Assembly (NCBI GenBank): GCA_964016885.1
Contig: OZ024745.1
Span: 109,988,001 to 110,052,000 of the forward strand
DNA length: 64,000 bases
Direction: 5' to 3'
From: Eledone cirrhosa
Lineage: Eukaryota
Shown: piece after piece, positions 44,157 to 56,290 of the stretch
Layout: each line of letters starts with the position of its first letter
How positions within the stretch are numbered: the first letter of the stretch is position 1
Notes under the pieces: generated by a model
What the model saw: only the letters and a program-made list of their open reading frames with translations
Told to the model about the DNA's origin: nothing
Database searches by the model: none
Translations under genes and position numbers: made by a program

Positions 44157-44187
<31 letters not shown>

Positions 44188-44226
44188 GTATATATATATG
44201 TATATATATAGATATATATGTATATA

Positions 44227-44264
<38 letters not shown>

Positions 44265-44296
44265 TATGTATATATATATATGTATATATATATTTA

Positions 44297-44333
<37 letters not shown>

Positions 44334-44385
44334 ATATATATATGTATATATATATATATAAGTATATATATGTATATATATATAC
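44011..44385. repeat. (TA)n/(TATG)n microsatellite
   Basis: Direct reading. Confidence 0.95.
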
Positions 44386-44587
44386 AAATTTTAGTACAGC
44401 ATTAACCAAGCTTTAGGCTGCGGCTAAGCTAACGAATGCAGCTTAGCACTCGACGGAGAGTAATACCCCAGAGTTATAACAATACGTTTAGACAGCTTTG
44501 CAAATCAAATATAGCGACCGGCAGTCGAGCCGCATTGCCATAGCAACGAAAATATCTGAATTCAGGGAAAGATTTATGTATATATAT

Positions 44588-45014
44588 ATATTGTTATACT
44601 TTGGGAGGGTCATATTGCCAATAAGAAACACACACTCCAATTTATTATAAATTAAATTTATAAATTTAAGAAATTTGTAAATTTCCGGTTGGTTGGTTCC
44701 ACAACCGGACGGTTGTTCATATATTGTCAAAGTTCTTTCGTCACACATTCTGTGACCTCTTCAGTGTCTGGGGATTCTTTTCTTTGTTTTGTGCCTCTCC
44801 TTTGTTCTGTGTGTTGACAACACACACAAAAACAAGATGGCGTAGGACAGAATAAAGGAGAGGCTTTGACAATATATGAACAACCGTCCGGTTGTGGAAC
44901 CAACCAACCAACCGGAAATTTACAAATTTCTTAAATTTATAATAAATTTGAGTGAAAGCATTTGGTGCGTGTGTTTCTTATTGGCAACATGACCCTCCCA
45001 AATTATAACAATAT
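44588..45014. repeat. Fold-back pLTR pair (~145 bp arms) with an inner 18-bp inverted repeat
   Basis: 44588-44732 versus 44864-45014. Inner repeat gcctctcctttgttctgt / acagaataaaggagaggc. Confidence 0.85.
44725..44769 (-). ncRNA. Degenerate hammerhead (CUGAAGA core)
   Basis: Minus strand: agaca-CUGAAGA-g gucaca gaaug ugugac-GAAA-gaac-UU^ugaca. Stem II is 6 bp with one unpaired G; stem I has 2 mismatches. Confidence 0.5.
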
Positions 45015-45091
45015 CGGTTTCAACACACGTTTCAGATAAAAAATCTTGCTAAACAAATTCAGAAACGAAATATATATATATATCATTATCT

Positions 45092-45198
45092 CCCGCCGAG
45101 GTTAAATTTGCCTTTCATCCTTTACGGGGTCGATAAACTAAAGTACCAGTAATATACAGGGGTAATTGCTGGCCTTGTGCCAAAAGTAGAAACAATTA
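45092..45198 (+). mobile_element. SINE family A, 5'-truncated
   Basis: Core and tail only; it abuts the Helitron. Confidence 0.8.
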
Positions 45199-45437
45199 TC
45201 TATAAAAGGCAAATTGTTGTTGTTGTGTGTGTGTGTTTGCATGTTCCATGTTTATACATTTGCACAATTTCAAACCGATTCGACTCAACGTCCGTAAGAA
45301 TGCTGCAAATGGGCTAACATCGGTCAACGACTATTTATTTCATTCACACTCACCCACAATTACGAAAATAATCGATAAAACTAAATACATGACGCTTTAC
45401 TCCTCTAATACAATCAGATTTCCTCTCTCTACTCACC

Positions 45438-45500
<63 letters not shown>

Positions 45501-45931
45501 TTTGTTTTTGAGTGTGGAACGGTCAAACATATATTTACTTCAATGACAAAGAGAACTTATTACATTTCATACGAAACAACAATTATTCAAAAGCAACAGA
45601 TAAATTTATTCAACAACAAAAAAAAAATAGCGATAAATCTTTTTTAAAACATCTATCAACGAACGTGGAAGAAAGAAGTATCAGTTCATTTACTATACAC
45701 AATAATATCCTCTATGAGGTCAATAAACCTGCTAGAAACAGCAGCTAACTCTCCCCCATATCACAACACTCCCTACTGTCTTAAATTTAGAAAACAGCTC
45801 CTGCTTCGGCAGTCCAGGTCTGCAATTCATTCACCCAGTGCCTGGCAGACAAAAAGTGGTGCCATAAAATGGGTGATGCAACCTAACTTTGGTAACTTAC
45901 TGACCCCGAGCAACGCCGGGCTTTAATGGTA

Positions 45932-45932
<1 letters not shown>
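45199..45932 (+). mobile_element. Non-autonomous Helitron, second family, with internal (GA)n
   Basis: A|TCtataaaaggc ... cccgagcaacgccggg ctttaatgGTAG|T. The hairpin is conserved and the terminal CTAG reads GTAG. Confidence 0.75.
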
Positions 45933-45980
<48 letters not shown>

Positions 45981-46040
45981 GTATTTCCTTCAGAAAAGTA
46001 CAGGAAAAAAGAGTGCTCTTTGTAAGCTACAGAGCTTATT

Positions 46041-46545
46041 AGTTATGTAATAAACAGCATCAGATAATTATTTCATTTACCAGTGGTTTCTTGAAGACAA
46101 ATTTTGTGTCTGTCTTCAGTCGTCAGAATGAATAAAAAGCATAGTGTATTTAATCAATATGGATTTGAAAACAAAATTTAGGAAATATGAAAGTGAGGCT
46201 AAAAAAAACGGGCGAAAAGGAAAAAAATATATATATATATATATAAAAATATAAATATCCAGAACGTAAACATACACACACTCAACTACGCGTGTATACT
46301 AAAAAGTACGTAGACGGATACTTTCTCACATTAGCGTATTTGCGTCTACATAGAAAAACGGACAGGAACATAAATACATACATATACACAGATATATACA
46401 TAAATGCGTACATATACATGTACATAGATATATATGCACTCAAAAATGTACACACAAATATGGACAGTGGTTAGGAAACAGAAATAACTAAATAAATAAA
46501 TAAGAACAAAAAAATACAAAAAATATATATGTATATATATATATA
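46041..46545 (-). mobile_element. PLE 3' pseudo-LTR, downstream of a (TG/TA)-rich 3' region at 46550-47850
   Basis: Reverse complement of ~50920-51633. It contains the hammerhead at 46072-46132. Confidence 0.8.
46072..46132 (-). ncRNA. Minimal hammerhead ribozyme (CUGACGA core, GUA site) in the 3' pLTR of the Penelope-like element
   Basis: Minus strand: uucauu-CUGACGA-c ugaagaca (11-nt loop) ugucuuca a-GAAA-ccacugg-UA^aaugaa. Stem I is 6 bp and stem II is 8 bp. Confidence 0.85.
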
Positions 46546-46769
46546 TATAAATATATATATAAATGAAAATATAGAAATTAATGTGAGCAAAAAGCCAACA
46601 GTATTTCATAATATATTATATATATATGAAAGTAAAGATCAAAATCAAAAACAAAATAAAGTAAAAAAAGGAGGGACGTGTTGACAACGATAGATGTATG
46701 TGGGTTTAGGGGGGAGGGAATAAATAAAAACATCTTAAATATAAAAAAATACACAAGATATGCATATGC

Positions 46770-46806
<37 letters not shown>

Positions 46807-46926
46807 CACACACACACATACAAACACATATACACATAAACATGCATAAATACCTATACACACATGCAAACACACGCACGTATATATGTGTATATATATA
46901 TATAAAAAATAAATATACGTACACAT

Positions 46927-46965
<39 letters not shown>

Positions 46966-46978
46966 CACACACACACAT

Positions 46979-47036
<58 letters not shown>

Positions 47037-47380
47037 ATGCAAATATATACACACACATCTACATGCATACACATACAAAAAAAGCACTACAATAAATTAG
47101 AAAAATGAATCTCAAAGGTATATAACCCACGTACATACATACACATACGCATGCGCACACACGCACGCAATAAGAAACCAACACACGCATACAAATAAAC
47201 ATATACGTAAATCTATACACGCATATAAACACATATATACTAATATACACAAAAACATATATACAAGCACAAGCATACATATATACAAATACATATAACC
47301 AAATACATACATACATATATATATAAAAAAATACATACATACATATATATATACATATATATACATATATATACATATAT

Positions 47381-47413
<33 letters not shown>

Positions 47414-47849
47414 AACATATACACAGACACACACACATATATAAATAAAAACACGTATAAATGTAAGTACACATAAGCCTATCTGCATATGCGCCCACAT
47501 ATAACCTTATGTGAGTACGCTTAAAAACCTAGTGGGTAAAACTGAAATAAAATAATAAAAACAATTATTAAGAACAGGTAAGGGAGAAAAGGGGTGTATA
47601 AGTTGTAGTTGAGAGTAAGTGTTTGTGCTGAGATCTGGATAAGGGTATATAGTTAAAAAGTGTTCTGGGTAAAGGATAAAGGTGGTGCGTGTGTGTGTAT
47701 TAAGGTATGGTAGATAGTAGGGGGGAATATAAGTCAAATGATATATAGAAAGAGATGAGGGAGAAAAAGTATATATTTGTAGAAAATATGTGTTAATAAG
47801 GTAATAAAATAGGTAGTGAGTGGAAGGCGTGATAAGTAAAGAAGAAGCT

Positions 47850-48524
47850 CAAGGTGGTTGAGTAATCGTTGGTATGTTAATCCAGTTAAAAAGTAGATGC
47901 GATTTCAGGTGCGGACAACATCTAAATATTTCGGTCTTAGAGTTGAGACAAGTGGTAGGAGTTTACAAGTTTTGAAGAATTCTAAAATTTTCCGTAGTAC
48001 ACAAAGAACATTTCTTTGTGCCCCTTTGGTATTCTCTTGAATGGTCTAAAATAGACCAATCAATAGTGTACGGAATGTTTTTGTCTTTGAACTCCCACAG
48101 TTTATTTGCCAGCGCCGTTGCTGTTCTTTTTTCAGGGTGTTTGAAAGAAGCGACATGTGCATAATACCTGGTTTTAAATATGTCCTGAGTCATGCCAATC
48201 GTTCATTCCTGGCTGGCTGGTTATTAATAATTGGTGTTAATTTGGCCTCATACACAATAGATTTGGTATTACATTTACCCTGTAATGGGCATTCTTCCGG
48301 CTTCCTGCAACTGCATCCTGGATTTACTCTAGTACCATTAGAGTTGGTAATTTTAGTTTTCATTGATGGGCAGCAAGAGTAACTGATTTTAACTACATTT
48401 CTATTGAATATCTTATTATATCTATGATTAGGGGGAAAATGTCTGTCAAGTAGGTCGAGGAATTTTCTTCCTACGTTAGTTTTAACGGTTAGAGAGAAGG
48501 GGGGGTGTAAACCAAATAATTTTT
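47850..48524 (-). pseudogene. Penelope-like retroelement C-terminal region (linker, Cys cluster, GIY-YIG endonuclease), frameshifted
   Basis: Reads [68 protein letters not shown]..(frameshift)IGMTQDIFKTRYYAH..CSLCTTE..LNSKTEIFRCCPH, which are typical PLE motifs. Confidence 0.9.
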
Positions 48525-49028
48525 AGACTAATCAATCCTGCTAAATCTGAAATTGGCCTTGCTAGTAAAAAAGACGGTTTGGCAGTTTCTCATACCACCA
48601 ACAGCCTTGATAAATTCCGTAAAGACTTAATCAATACCTTTGCTAACATAAACCTTAAAATTACTATAGATACGAATCTTACTAATACTAACTTTCTTGA
48701 TATCAATCTTGACCTACTTACCGCCTCTTTTAAACCTTATCATAAACCTAATGAAAATTTAAGATATATACACAAAGAGTCATGTCATACCCCTATAGTC
48801 TTTAAAAATCTTATTCCTAACATTAGCCATAGGATTTCTACCTTATCTTCGTCTATAGACATTTTTAACAAAGCCGCCCCTTATTATATAATAAAGCCCT
48901 TAATAACAGCGGCTTCACCGAACAAATTAAATATTAACCTACTCCTCTTTCTAACACTAAACACAATAACAGGAAAAGAAAATTATTTGGTTTACACTCC
49001 CCCCCCCCTTCTCTCTAACCGTTAAAAC
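48525..49028 (+). pseudogene. Inverted, internally deleted PLE reverse transcriptase fragment
   Basis: RLINPAKSEIGLASK is joined in frame to KDGLAV..LKITIDTNLTNTNFLDINLDL..KPYHKPNENLRYIHKESCH..RISTLSS. It ends in the same IIWFTPPFS segment that starts the minus-strand piece. Confidence 0.9.
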
Positions 49029-49029
49029 A

Positions 49030-49566
49030 AAGATCGATCTGTGATTAAACCTTTTAATTCATTACTTTGAGCAATGAACGGTAGGTTTTCTTTGGCAGTG
49101 TTGAAGATATTCTGGTGACATGGGTTGTGTGTCATTATAAATGGTATGACCAGTTCTTGGTTTTTTCTTCCTTGGGTTGTCCTAAGTTATTGTATAGGTA
49201 ATTTTATAGCCCGCTGTATACCATTTTCTATAAATAGAGTATACGTTTAAGTGCAGACATTTCCGATTTGTTAATGTTTGGCCTAACATTAGTATTACGT
49301 CTAAGAGGAAATTTAGACAGGATATCCAAGTATTGGTCGAGATAGATATTTCTTCCTTTTGGCGGAGTGAAAGTTGATTTATTCTTTATTAGTGATTCAT
49401 CACTCTCATTACTTTAATCAGCGAAGAATTCTACAAGTCGTAATTTACGACAGAATTCTTGGGTATCCTCCTTTAGTTGTTGGTGGTTGACTGTTGGAGT
49501 TGGTGTGAATTTCAGTCCTTTTGACAGAATTTGCATTTCATCATTGTCAAGATCTCTTTTGGATAA
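49030..49566 (-). pseudogene. Second, different PLE (Neptune-like) internally deleted ORF remnant
   Basis: LSKRDLDNDEMQILSKGLKFTPTP..EFCRKLRLVEFF..KSTFTPPKGRN..NINKSEMSALK (PLE N-terminus) is joined to a post-RT segment ..IPFIMTHNP.. Confidence 0.75.
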
Positions 49567-49611
49567 ATAAATAAGAACAAAAAATAAAAAAAATATATGT
49601 ATATATATGCT

Positions 49612-49642
<31 letters not shown>

Positions 49643-49645
<3 letters not shown>

Positions 49646-50056
49646 AACGGAAAAAATGAAACGAAATTTCATTTCTCACTCTTAGTATGGCTGTTACTTA
49701 AATATAAGTATGTATACGTACATACATATATGTATACAGACGTACAGTAGTATGTATATATATATATATATATACATACATGCACACATATATATATGTA
49801 CGTATGGATTCACCGAACATTTATTATAATGCTCGGTGTGTTTGTAAACAAACATCCCGAATTGTTTACAAACACACCGAGCATTATCATAAATGTTCGG
49901 TGAATCCATACGTACATATATATATGTGTGCATGTATGTATATATATACTACTGTACGTCTGTATACATATATGTATGTACGTATACATACTTATATTTA
50001 AGTAACAGCCATACTAAGAGTGAGAAATGAAATTTCGTTTCATTTTTTCCGTTTAT
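49643..50056. repeat. Near-perfect 414-bp palindrome (10-nt spacer) of a pLTR family
   Basis: Arms meet at tttgtaaacaa-acatcccgaa-ttgtttacaaa (49841-49872). A third, direct copy lies at ~50222-50412. Confidence 0.9.
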
Positions 50057-50173
50057 CGTTTTCGGTACCCCGGCCGATTAACTCACTCGATATGCAAATT
50101 AGGCTGCTCATCCGTTAATATGCATAAGGAAAATATATGATTCCAGACGTTCAACCATCTGGCAGGAAGGTAT

Positions 50174-50216
50174 ACGTTGCTGACGATAGCTAATAGGCTT
50201 GAAACTAGTAGAGCGT
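50174..50216 (+). ncRNA. Minimal hammerhead (CUGACGA core, palindromic stem III ACUAGU, GUA site)
   Basis: acguug-CUGACGA-u agcu aaua ggcu u-GAAA-cuag-UA^gagcgu. There is one mismatch at the base of stem I. Confidence 0.65.
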
Positions 50217-50410
50217 TCCTTTGGCAGTGTTGAACAAATGAGCAACGATGGTTGCTAGACACTGTACGGCTTAATTCAGGATGTTTGTTTACAAACACAC
50301 CGAGCATTATAATAAATGTTCGATGAATCCATACGTACATATATATATGTGTGCATGTATGTATATATATATACATACTACTGTACGTCTGTATACATAT
50401 ATGTATGTAC

Positions 50411-50499
<89 letters not shown>

Positions 50500-50503
<4 letters not shown>

Positions 50504-50756
50504 TTAAAACAATGAAATAAAAATTCAGGTCATTAGAAATATACTTCACTGCTTTACGATCGTTTCAAAAGCTTTTGACAACGGCTGATGATATATATGT
50601 AAATACATATATTCCTTATCTGATATTTTGTAACTAACCCTATATAGATCGATAACGAAATATGTGTACGATGTATTATTATCACCTAGAAACTATCATA
50701 AAGCAGTGAAGTATATTTCCAATGACTTGAATTTTTATTTCATTGTTTTAACTTAT
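50500..50756. repeat. ~60-bp inverted repeat; both arms extend into a hammerhead 3' half (GAAA-cgaucg-UA)
   Basis: aagttaaaacaatgaaataaaaattcaggtcattagaaatatacttcactgcttta versus its reverse complement at ~50698-50755. Confidence 0.8.
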
Positions 50757-50891
50757 ATCATGACTCTGTTTTCCCTTTGATCTTTTATTGTTTTCCGAGA
50801 TTTATTTTAACCTACAACATTTTCAACATATGGATTACATTGAGTTCTTCATGCAGACTAGACCCCACAACTAACCGTGGATATTTTTGTG

Positions 50892-50927
<36 letters not shown>

Positions 50928-51321
50928 CATATATATTTTGTATTTTTTGTTCTTATTTATTTATTTAGTTATTTCTGTTTCCTAACCACTGTCCATATTT
51001 GTGTGTACATTTTTGAGTGCATATATATCTATGTACATGTATGTGTACGTATTTATGTATATATTTGTGTATGTGTATGTATTTATGTTCCTGTCCGTTT
51101 TTCTATGTAGACGCAAATACGCTAATGTGAGAAAGTATCCGTCTACGTACTTTTTAGTATATGCGCGTAGTTGAGTGTGTGTATGTTTACGTTCTGGATA
51201 TTTATATTTTTATATATATTATTATGATGGATGTCAACCCACTGTGGGTCAATATATACATATGTTTTTATATGTCTCTTGTGTTGAAAAGGAGGTCAAG
51301 TATGTAAAAATCACTAAATAG

Positions 51322-51370
51322 TTGCTCCGAAGAATCCAAACCTCGGTTTGGAGGAAACAATTGTAAGCAA
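51322..51370 (+). ncRNA. Minimal hammerhead (CCGAAGA core variant, palindromic stem III ACAAUUGU, GUA site)
   Basis: uugcu-CCGAAGA-a uccaaac cucg guuugga g-GAAA-caauug-UA^agcaa. Stem I is 5 bp and stem II is 7 bp. Confidence 0.8.
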
Positions 51371-51548
51371 ATAAATGATTTAAACTGAACTTTGATTCAT
51401 GTAATTTCTATAATTTCTATATATTTTTATATATATATATTTTATTTTTCTCCCTATTTCCTTTTGGCCCGTTTTTTTTCAGCCTCACTTTCATATTGCC
51501 TAAATTTTGTTTTCAAATCCATATTTAATAAATACACCATGTTTTTTA

Positions 51549-51602
51549 TTCATTCTGACGACAGACACAACATCTGTATTCAAGAAACCACTGGTAAATG
51601 AA
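51549..51602 (+). ncRNA. Damaged copy of the 46072-46132 hammerhead (about 7-nt deletion in stem II)
   Basis: uucauu-CUGACGA-cagacacaacaucuguauucaa-GAAA-ccacugg-UA^aaugaa. The 5' arm of stem II (ctgaaga) is missing relative to the inverted partner. Confidence 0.6.
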
Positions 51603-51628
51603 ATAATTATCTTATGTTGTTTATTACA

Positions 51629-52156
<528 letters not shown>

Positions 52157-52237
52157 AAGGTTCAAGTTTTTGCAGGAAGAACTTGAACTGTTAAGATCTT
52201 CTTCCTGAATATGTCAATATTTATAAAACAAACTTTG

Positions 52238-52298
52238 TATTTTATCTGATGAGAGCGTACCAAAATTTTGGTACCCTTGAAATATATATAATAGAATA
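52238..52298 (+). ncRNA. Minimal hammerhead (CUGAUGA core, (AU)n palindromic stem III, AUA site)
   Basis: uauuuuau-CUGAUGA-gagcguaccaaaauuuugguacccuu-GAAA-uauaua-UA^auagaaua. Stem I is 8 bp with one GU; stem II is near-palindromic. Confidence 0.8.
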
Positions 52299-52455
52299 AA
52301 TATGGTTTTATAATTATAGTTTCCATTTATTTAATATCATTGATATTATACTGCAGAAAACTTGTTGAGTGCTTCGAATCAGTTATAAATATATATATTT
52401 GATGAATTACCAACAAATTAAATATCCCTTTTGCTTATATGTATATAAGACACAT

Positions 52456-52797
52456 GGAGGCACATGGCTTAGTGGTTAGAGCATTGGCCTTGCAATCGAA
52501 GGGTTGTGAGTTCAATTCTCAGACCGGGTGATGTGTTGTTTCCTTGAGCAAGACACTTTATTTCACATTGCTCCAGTTTACTCAGCTGTAGAAATGAGAT
52601 GATAGGGACTGGGGTCCCTATCATTCCACTGAAAAGTGGTCGTGGAGGTGCCACGGTAAAAAAGCACCCAGCACTCACTGTAAATGAGGTTGGTGTTAGG
52701 AAGGGCATCCAGCTGTAGAAATCAAGCCAGAATCAGTTCCCGTCCCACCCTTGCAAGCAGGGAAAAGTGGACGTCAAATGATGATGAATGATGATGA
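52456..52797 (+). mobile_element. SINE family B
   Basis: Full copy. Confidence 0.9.
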
Positions 52798-52809
52798 TAT
52801 ATATGTATG

Positions 52810-52843
<34 letters not shown>

Positions 52844-52849
52844 TAATAA

Positions 52850-53527
52850 TATTATTTATAGTTATGTATACACTATATACAACTACAAACAGGAAAGGTC
52901 AGTAATACATTACTACCTTATTACGCGTAAGTAAAATAGCTCAATGTAAATACATCAGCTGTTTTACAGAGCAGGAATATAAATTATCACACTACATCCA
53001 CCATAAACTCATAATTTTAATACACAAACATCTTTGCTTCCTTGATATGCTTGTAAATTTATGTTATTTTATGTGATACCTTTGCCATGAAGTAATTATA
53101 TATGCCTACTACCATTGCTTGTTTCCTTCCTGTATATGCCTAACGCATTTGCACTCTCTATACGCTTGCATATGTACTGCTAGTGTCCTCGTTTTACGAG
53201 TAACTTTCTACCTTAATGCCTCTTTAATTATTATACTATTCCCTTGTAATCTCTGTCGCATGCATTCCACTCTGTGCCTTTTTAATTTTTAATTTTAATT
53301 ATTGTACAATTCTCTTGTAATCTATGTTGTATCCATTCCACTCTGTAAATACGAAACTGTTCTTGGCAACATTAATATCCAAGTATCTATATGATTGTTC
53401 ATTTGAATAGGAGGTTAATTATATGTACAAACATTGCTAGTGCTCCGATGATTCCAAACGAAAGTTTGGAAGAAACGATTGTCAGCAATAAAAGGATTTG
53501 AACATAGCTCTGATTATTGTGTAATTT
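52850..53527 (+). mobile_element. PLE 3' end remnant (long 3' region plus pLTR with hammerhead)
   Basis: Bounded by (TA)n on both sides. It ends in hammerhead 53441-53487 plus AATAAA and is homologous to the insert at 51220-51420. Confidence 0.6.
53441..53487 (+). ncRNA. Minimal hammerhead (CCGAUGA core variant, GUC site)
   Basis: ugcu-CCGAUGA-uuccaaac GAAA guuuggaa-GAAA-cgauug-UC^agca, followed by AATAAA. Stem II is a perfect 8 bp with a GNRA loop. Its flanks are homologous to those of the 51322 motif. Confidence 0.85.
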
Positions 53528-53540
53528 ATATGTATATATG

Positions 53541-53580
<40 letters not shown>

Positions 53581-54059
53581 CATATATATATGTATATGTA
53601 TATATATATATATGTATATGTATATGTATATATGTATATGTATATATATATCAGTAAATGAAGATAATGCTGGAGATAGCTACATCAGCATTTTTGTTAG
53701 AGATAATCAGCTCCATACACCCAAAGTAAGTGATAAATGTACCTGACATTAGTGTATCAATAGAATACATTCAATGTAATACAATTAGCAGGTACATAAG
53801 AAACAATTCACCTAACTTTATATCAGAGTAATACTGAACTTAAACATATAGTAATGTGTTGACAACAGATATGTGTCAAATTCTTAAGTCAATGGACTGA
53901 TGATGCAGCAATAACTTGCTCCAAGTAGGAAATTAGTGTTAATCAAAGGGTTTTTCCACTTATTAATTCCTATCACTTACTCTAATAATCCTTTTCTTCC
54001 TTCTACATCTATACATAAACAGTCAATTATTTCCTTTCAGATTATATTCCTAGACTACT

Positions 54060-54340
54060 GTATACTTATCTATCGTGATTCAGCCATCATCTCTTCCATG
54101 GATAATGTTTATTAGTTTGTTGTAAGCACTGATATAATACTACACCAGTTTCCCTATCTAAGGATATAACCTCATAGTCTATATGTACAAATGTTGTATG
54201 GCTTCTATATCTACAAATGTAGTCTTTCAGATAAATCTCTTTAATTTCTCTGCCTAAGATATGGTCAATTAATCTCTCTGACTTTAGATATGGTCTCTTA
54301 GTTTCTCTGTCTGTATCACTGTACACATATTCATACTGCT
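54060..54340 (-). repeat. Unclassified interspersed repeat (second copy at ~41250-41420, + strand)
   Basis: Shared gcagagaaa.taaagagat..tgaaagactacatttgtagata.agaa.ccatacaaca. Confidence 0.6.
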
Positions 54341-55455
54341 TCCTTTAAAGCTAAAGTATCAGCCCAGCTTCTATTAATATTGGTTTCCATATTGAGAACA
54401 CTATCATAGCACTCTTTCTTTTCTTCTTTCTTTTTATTTGTGTATAGTAAATCCTGAAGTAGTAGGTTTGGTTGGCGTGAAGGTTCAAAATCATTTGGCA
54501 GGTTGCCTTATATGAATGACTATGCTACCCTGCTACTGATCTGCTTTAATTATTGTACATTAAGACCACAACCAAATTTAAAAATAGATCAATTGAAATA
54601 TTGACAAAGTGTGTTAATGTGGACCTTATAACTTTCCTGTTTAAACGTCAGTTGTTGTCCTATGTTTGCCCCCCAAAGTGTGTGTGAAACACCCTGTGTC
54701 ATTTAAATATAAGTCATGTTTTTGGCCAATAACCAACAACAACAAAACAAAATAGCCTCACACATTCAGTAATTGGCACAATACTAAATCTGACTTTATG
54801 AAACAAATATTTTCAACTTTTTCACTGTCAGTATAATATCAAATAAAATAAAAGACAAATGAGAAAGAAAGAAAAATGCACAGCATGTTCATCTATTAAA
54901 TACTGTAGTGTAGAAAAGTTATGTATGAGTGGAGAAATATTCAATCAATATCTGGTAAACAGAAAAGGAAAAATATAATTGGCTATTTATATAATTTACT
55001 TCTAAACAGTTCAGTTTTCTCTGGTATAAAACAAAGCATTAAATGAATATATCACACACACATACTGCAAATATTTTCCTAAATGCATTGTTTCTGTTGC
55101 AGAGAAATTTTTCAGAAAATATGTCTTCAAACCAGTGTTTTGATTTAAATTTTCTTTTCATTTCAGCAACCTTTATTCTGCACACTTGCTATATGCCAGT
55201 AGTATACATACTCTCTTTGTTTCCAGAAACATTTTAATTTTTTTATATACTCTGAACCCCTTCCCCTTCCACCCCAAAAAGCAACTGTCCTTTACAATAT
55301 AACAAAATAATGTTAGAGGTCAGAAAAGAGTAGATATTATATTCTTGTGCAGAAACACTTCAGAAAAAATCCTAGACTGATGTTTTGTATAAATATATTT
55401 AATTGGATTCTATCTATTGATTTGAAACTTGTAATTTATTCATTGTTTGACCTGC

Positions 55456-55494
55456 TACTAACAACTAAAATTGCAAGTTGTATTTTCTTTTCAG
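55456..55494 (+). promoter_or_regulatory. Candidate 3' splice site
   Basis: TACTAAC at 55456-55462, then tattttcttttCAG|G. Confidence 0.3.
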
Positions 55495-56029
55495 GACTGG
55501 TTTGAAAACTATGATAGAGTATAACCACTGAAAACAAAAACGAAAATTCTTATCAGATCACCATAGTATAACTAAAACAAACTAGATTAGTTGTTAAAAG
55601 GATGGTTGTGTCTTAAAGATTAAAACAATACTGGATTCCATTTGATCAAAAGTAGTTATGTTTACATTATTAAGTAAATATTTTTCTGTAATATTAGCAT
55701 CAAGATGGTTTAGCAGTTCTAAAATGAAGTAGGAAAAAGTAACATATAAAAAAAGAACCTACATTTTAATTTTATTATCAATGGGTGTAGGTGCAATTAG
55801 AAATTGACACATACCCTTTTTAGTCTACATAGGTATGTGCAACCTATTGCTTTTAAGTGGAGAATATTAGTGAACCAATAAATGAAGGCTTCTTGACAAT
55901 TACGTTAAATTATATATTTGTGTTACAAGTTTTAACATTGACGTAGATTTTAATTTGTAAATATATCAAATGTTTTGAGTTACACTTAAGATGAGTTAAA
56001 AAATTATATTTTGTATAATGAAAGATAGA

Positions 56030-56290
56030 AATTCATTCTTCTTCTTCTCCTCCTCATCCCTATGTAGCATTAGGTTATGAGATCTCTCCAATCTGTTGCA
56101 AGACTTATTAGCCTGCTCTCCTAGACCAGGTATCTGCTCATCGTTTCTGTAGCAATTTTGATTAATGACAGTAAAGTTGCTAGCATTGTGCTCCATCTGT
56201 CCTCCTCCCTTCTCAACACTGACTGAAAACTAACCTAGTGTTCTGGGATGGCAGATTGTATGATGTAAGGTCTGCTATAATCAGTAAAGT
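56030..56290 (-). mobile_element. Probable old LINE 3' end
   Basis: DWRDLI-like remnant followed by a (GAG/AAG)n tail. Confidence 0.35.

Noticed and set aside
47850-48400. Selenocysteine-coding (Naiad-type) PLE
   Set aside because: The conserved Cys positions I read (SYSC, CSC, CPL, CSLC) are TGC/TGT, not TGA. I identified no SECIS.
54087-54326. 79-aa ORF as a host gene
   Set aside because: A diverged, frame-disrupted second copy at ~41250-41420 indicates an interspersed repeat.
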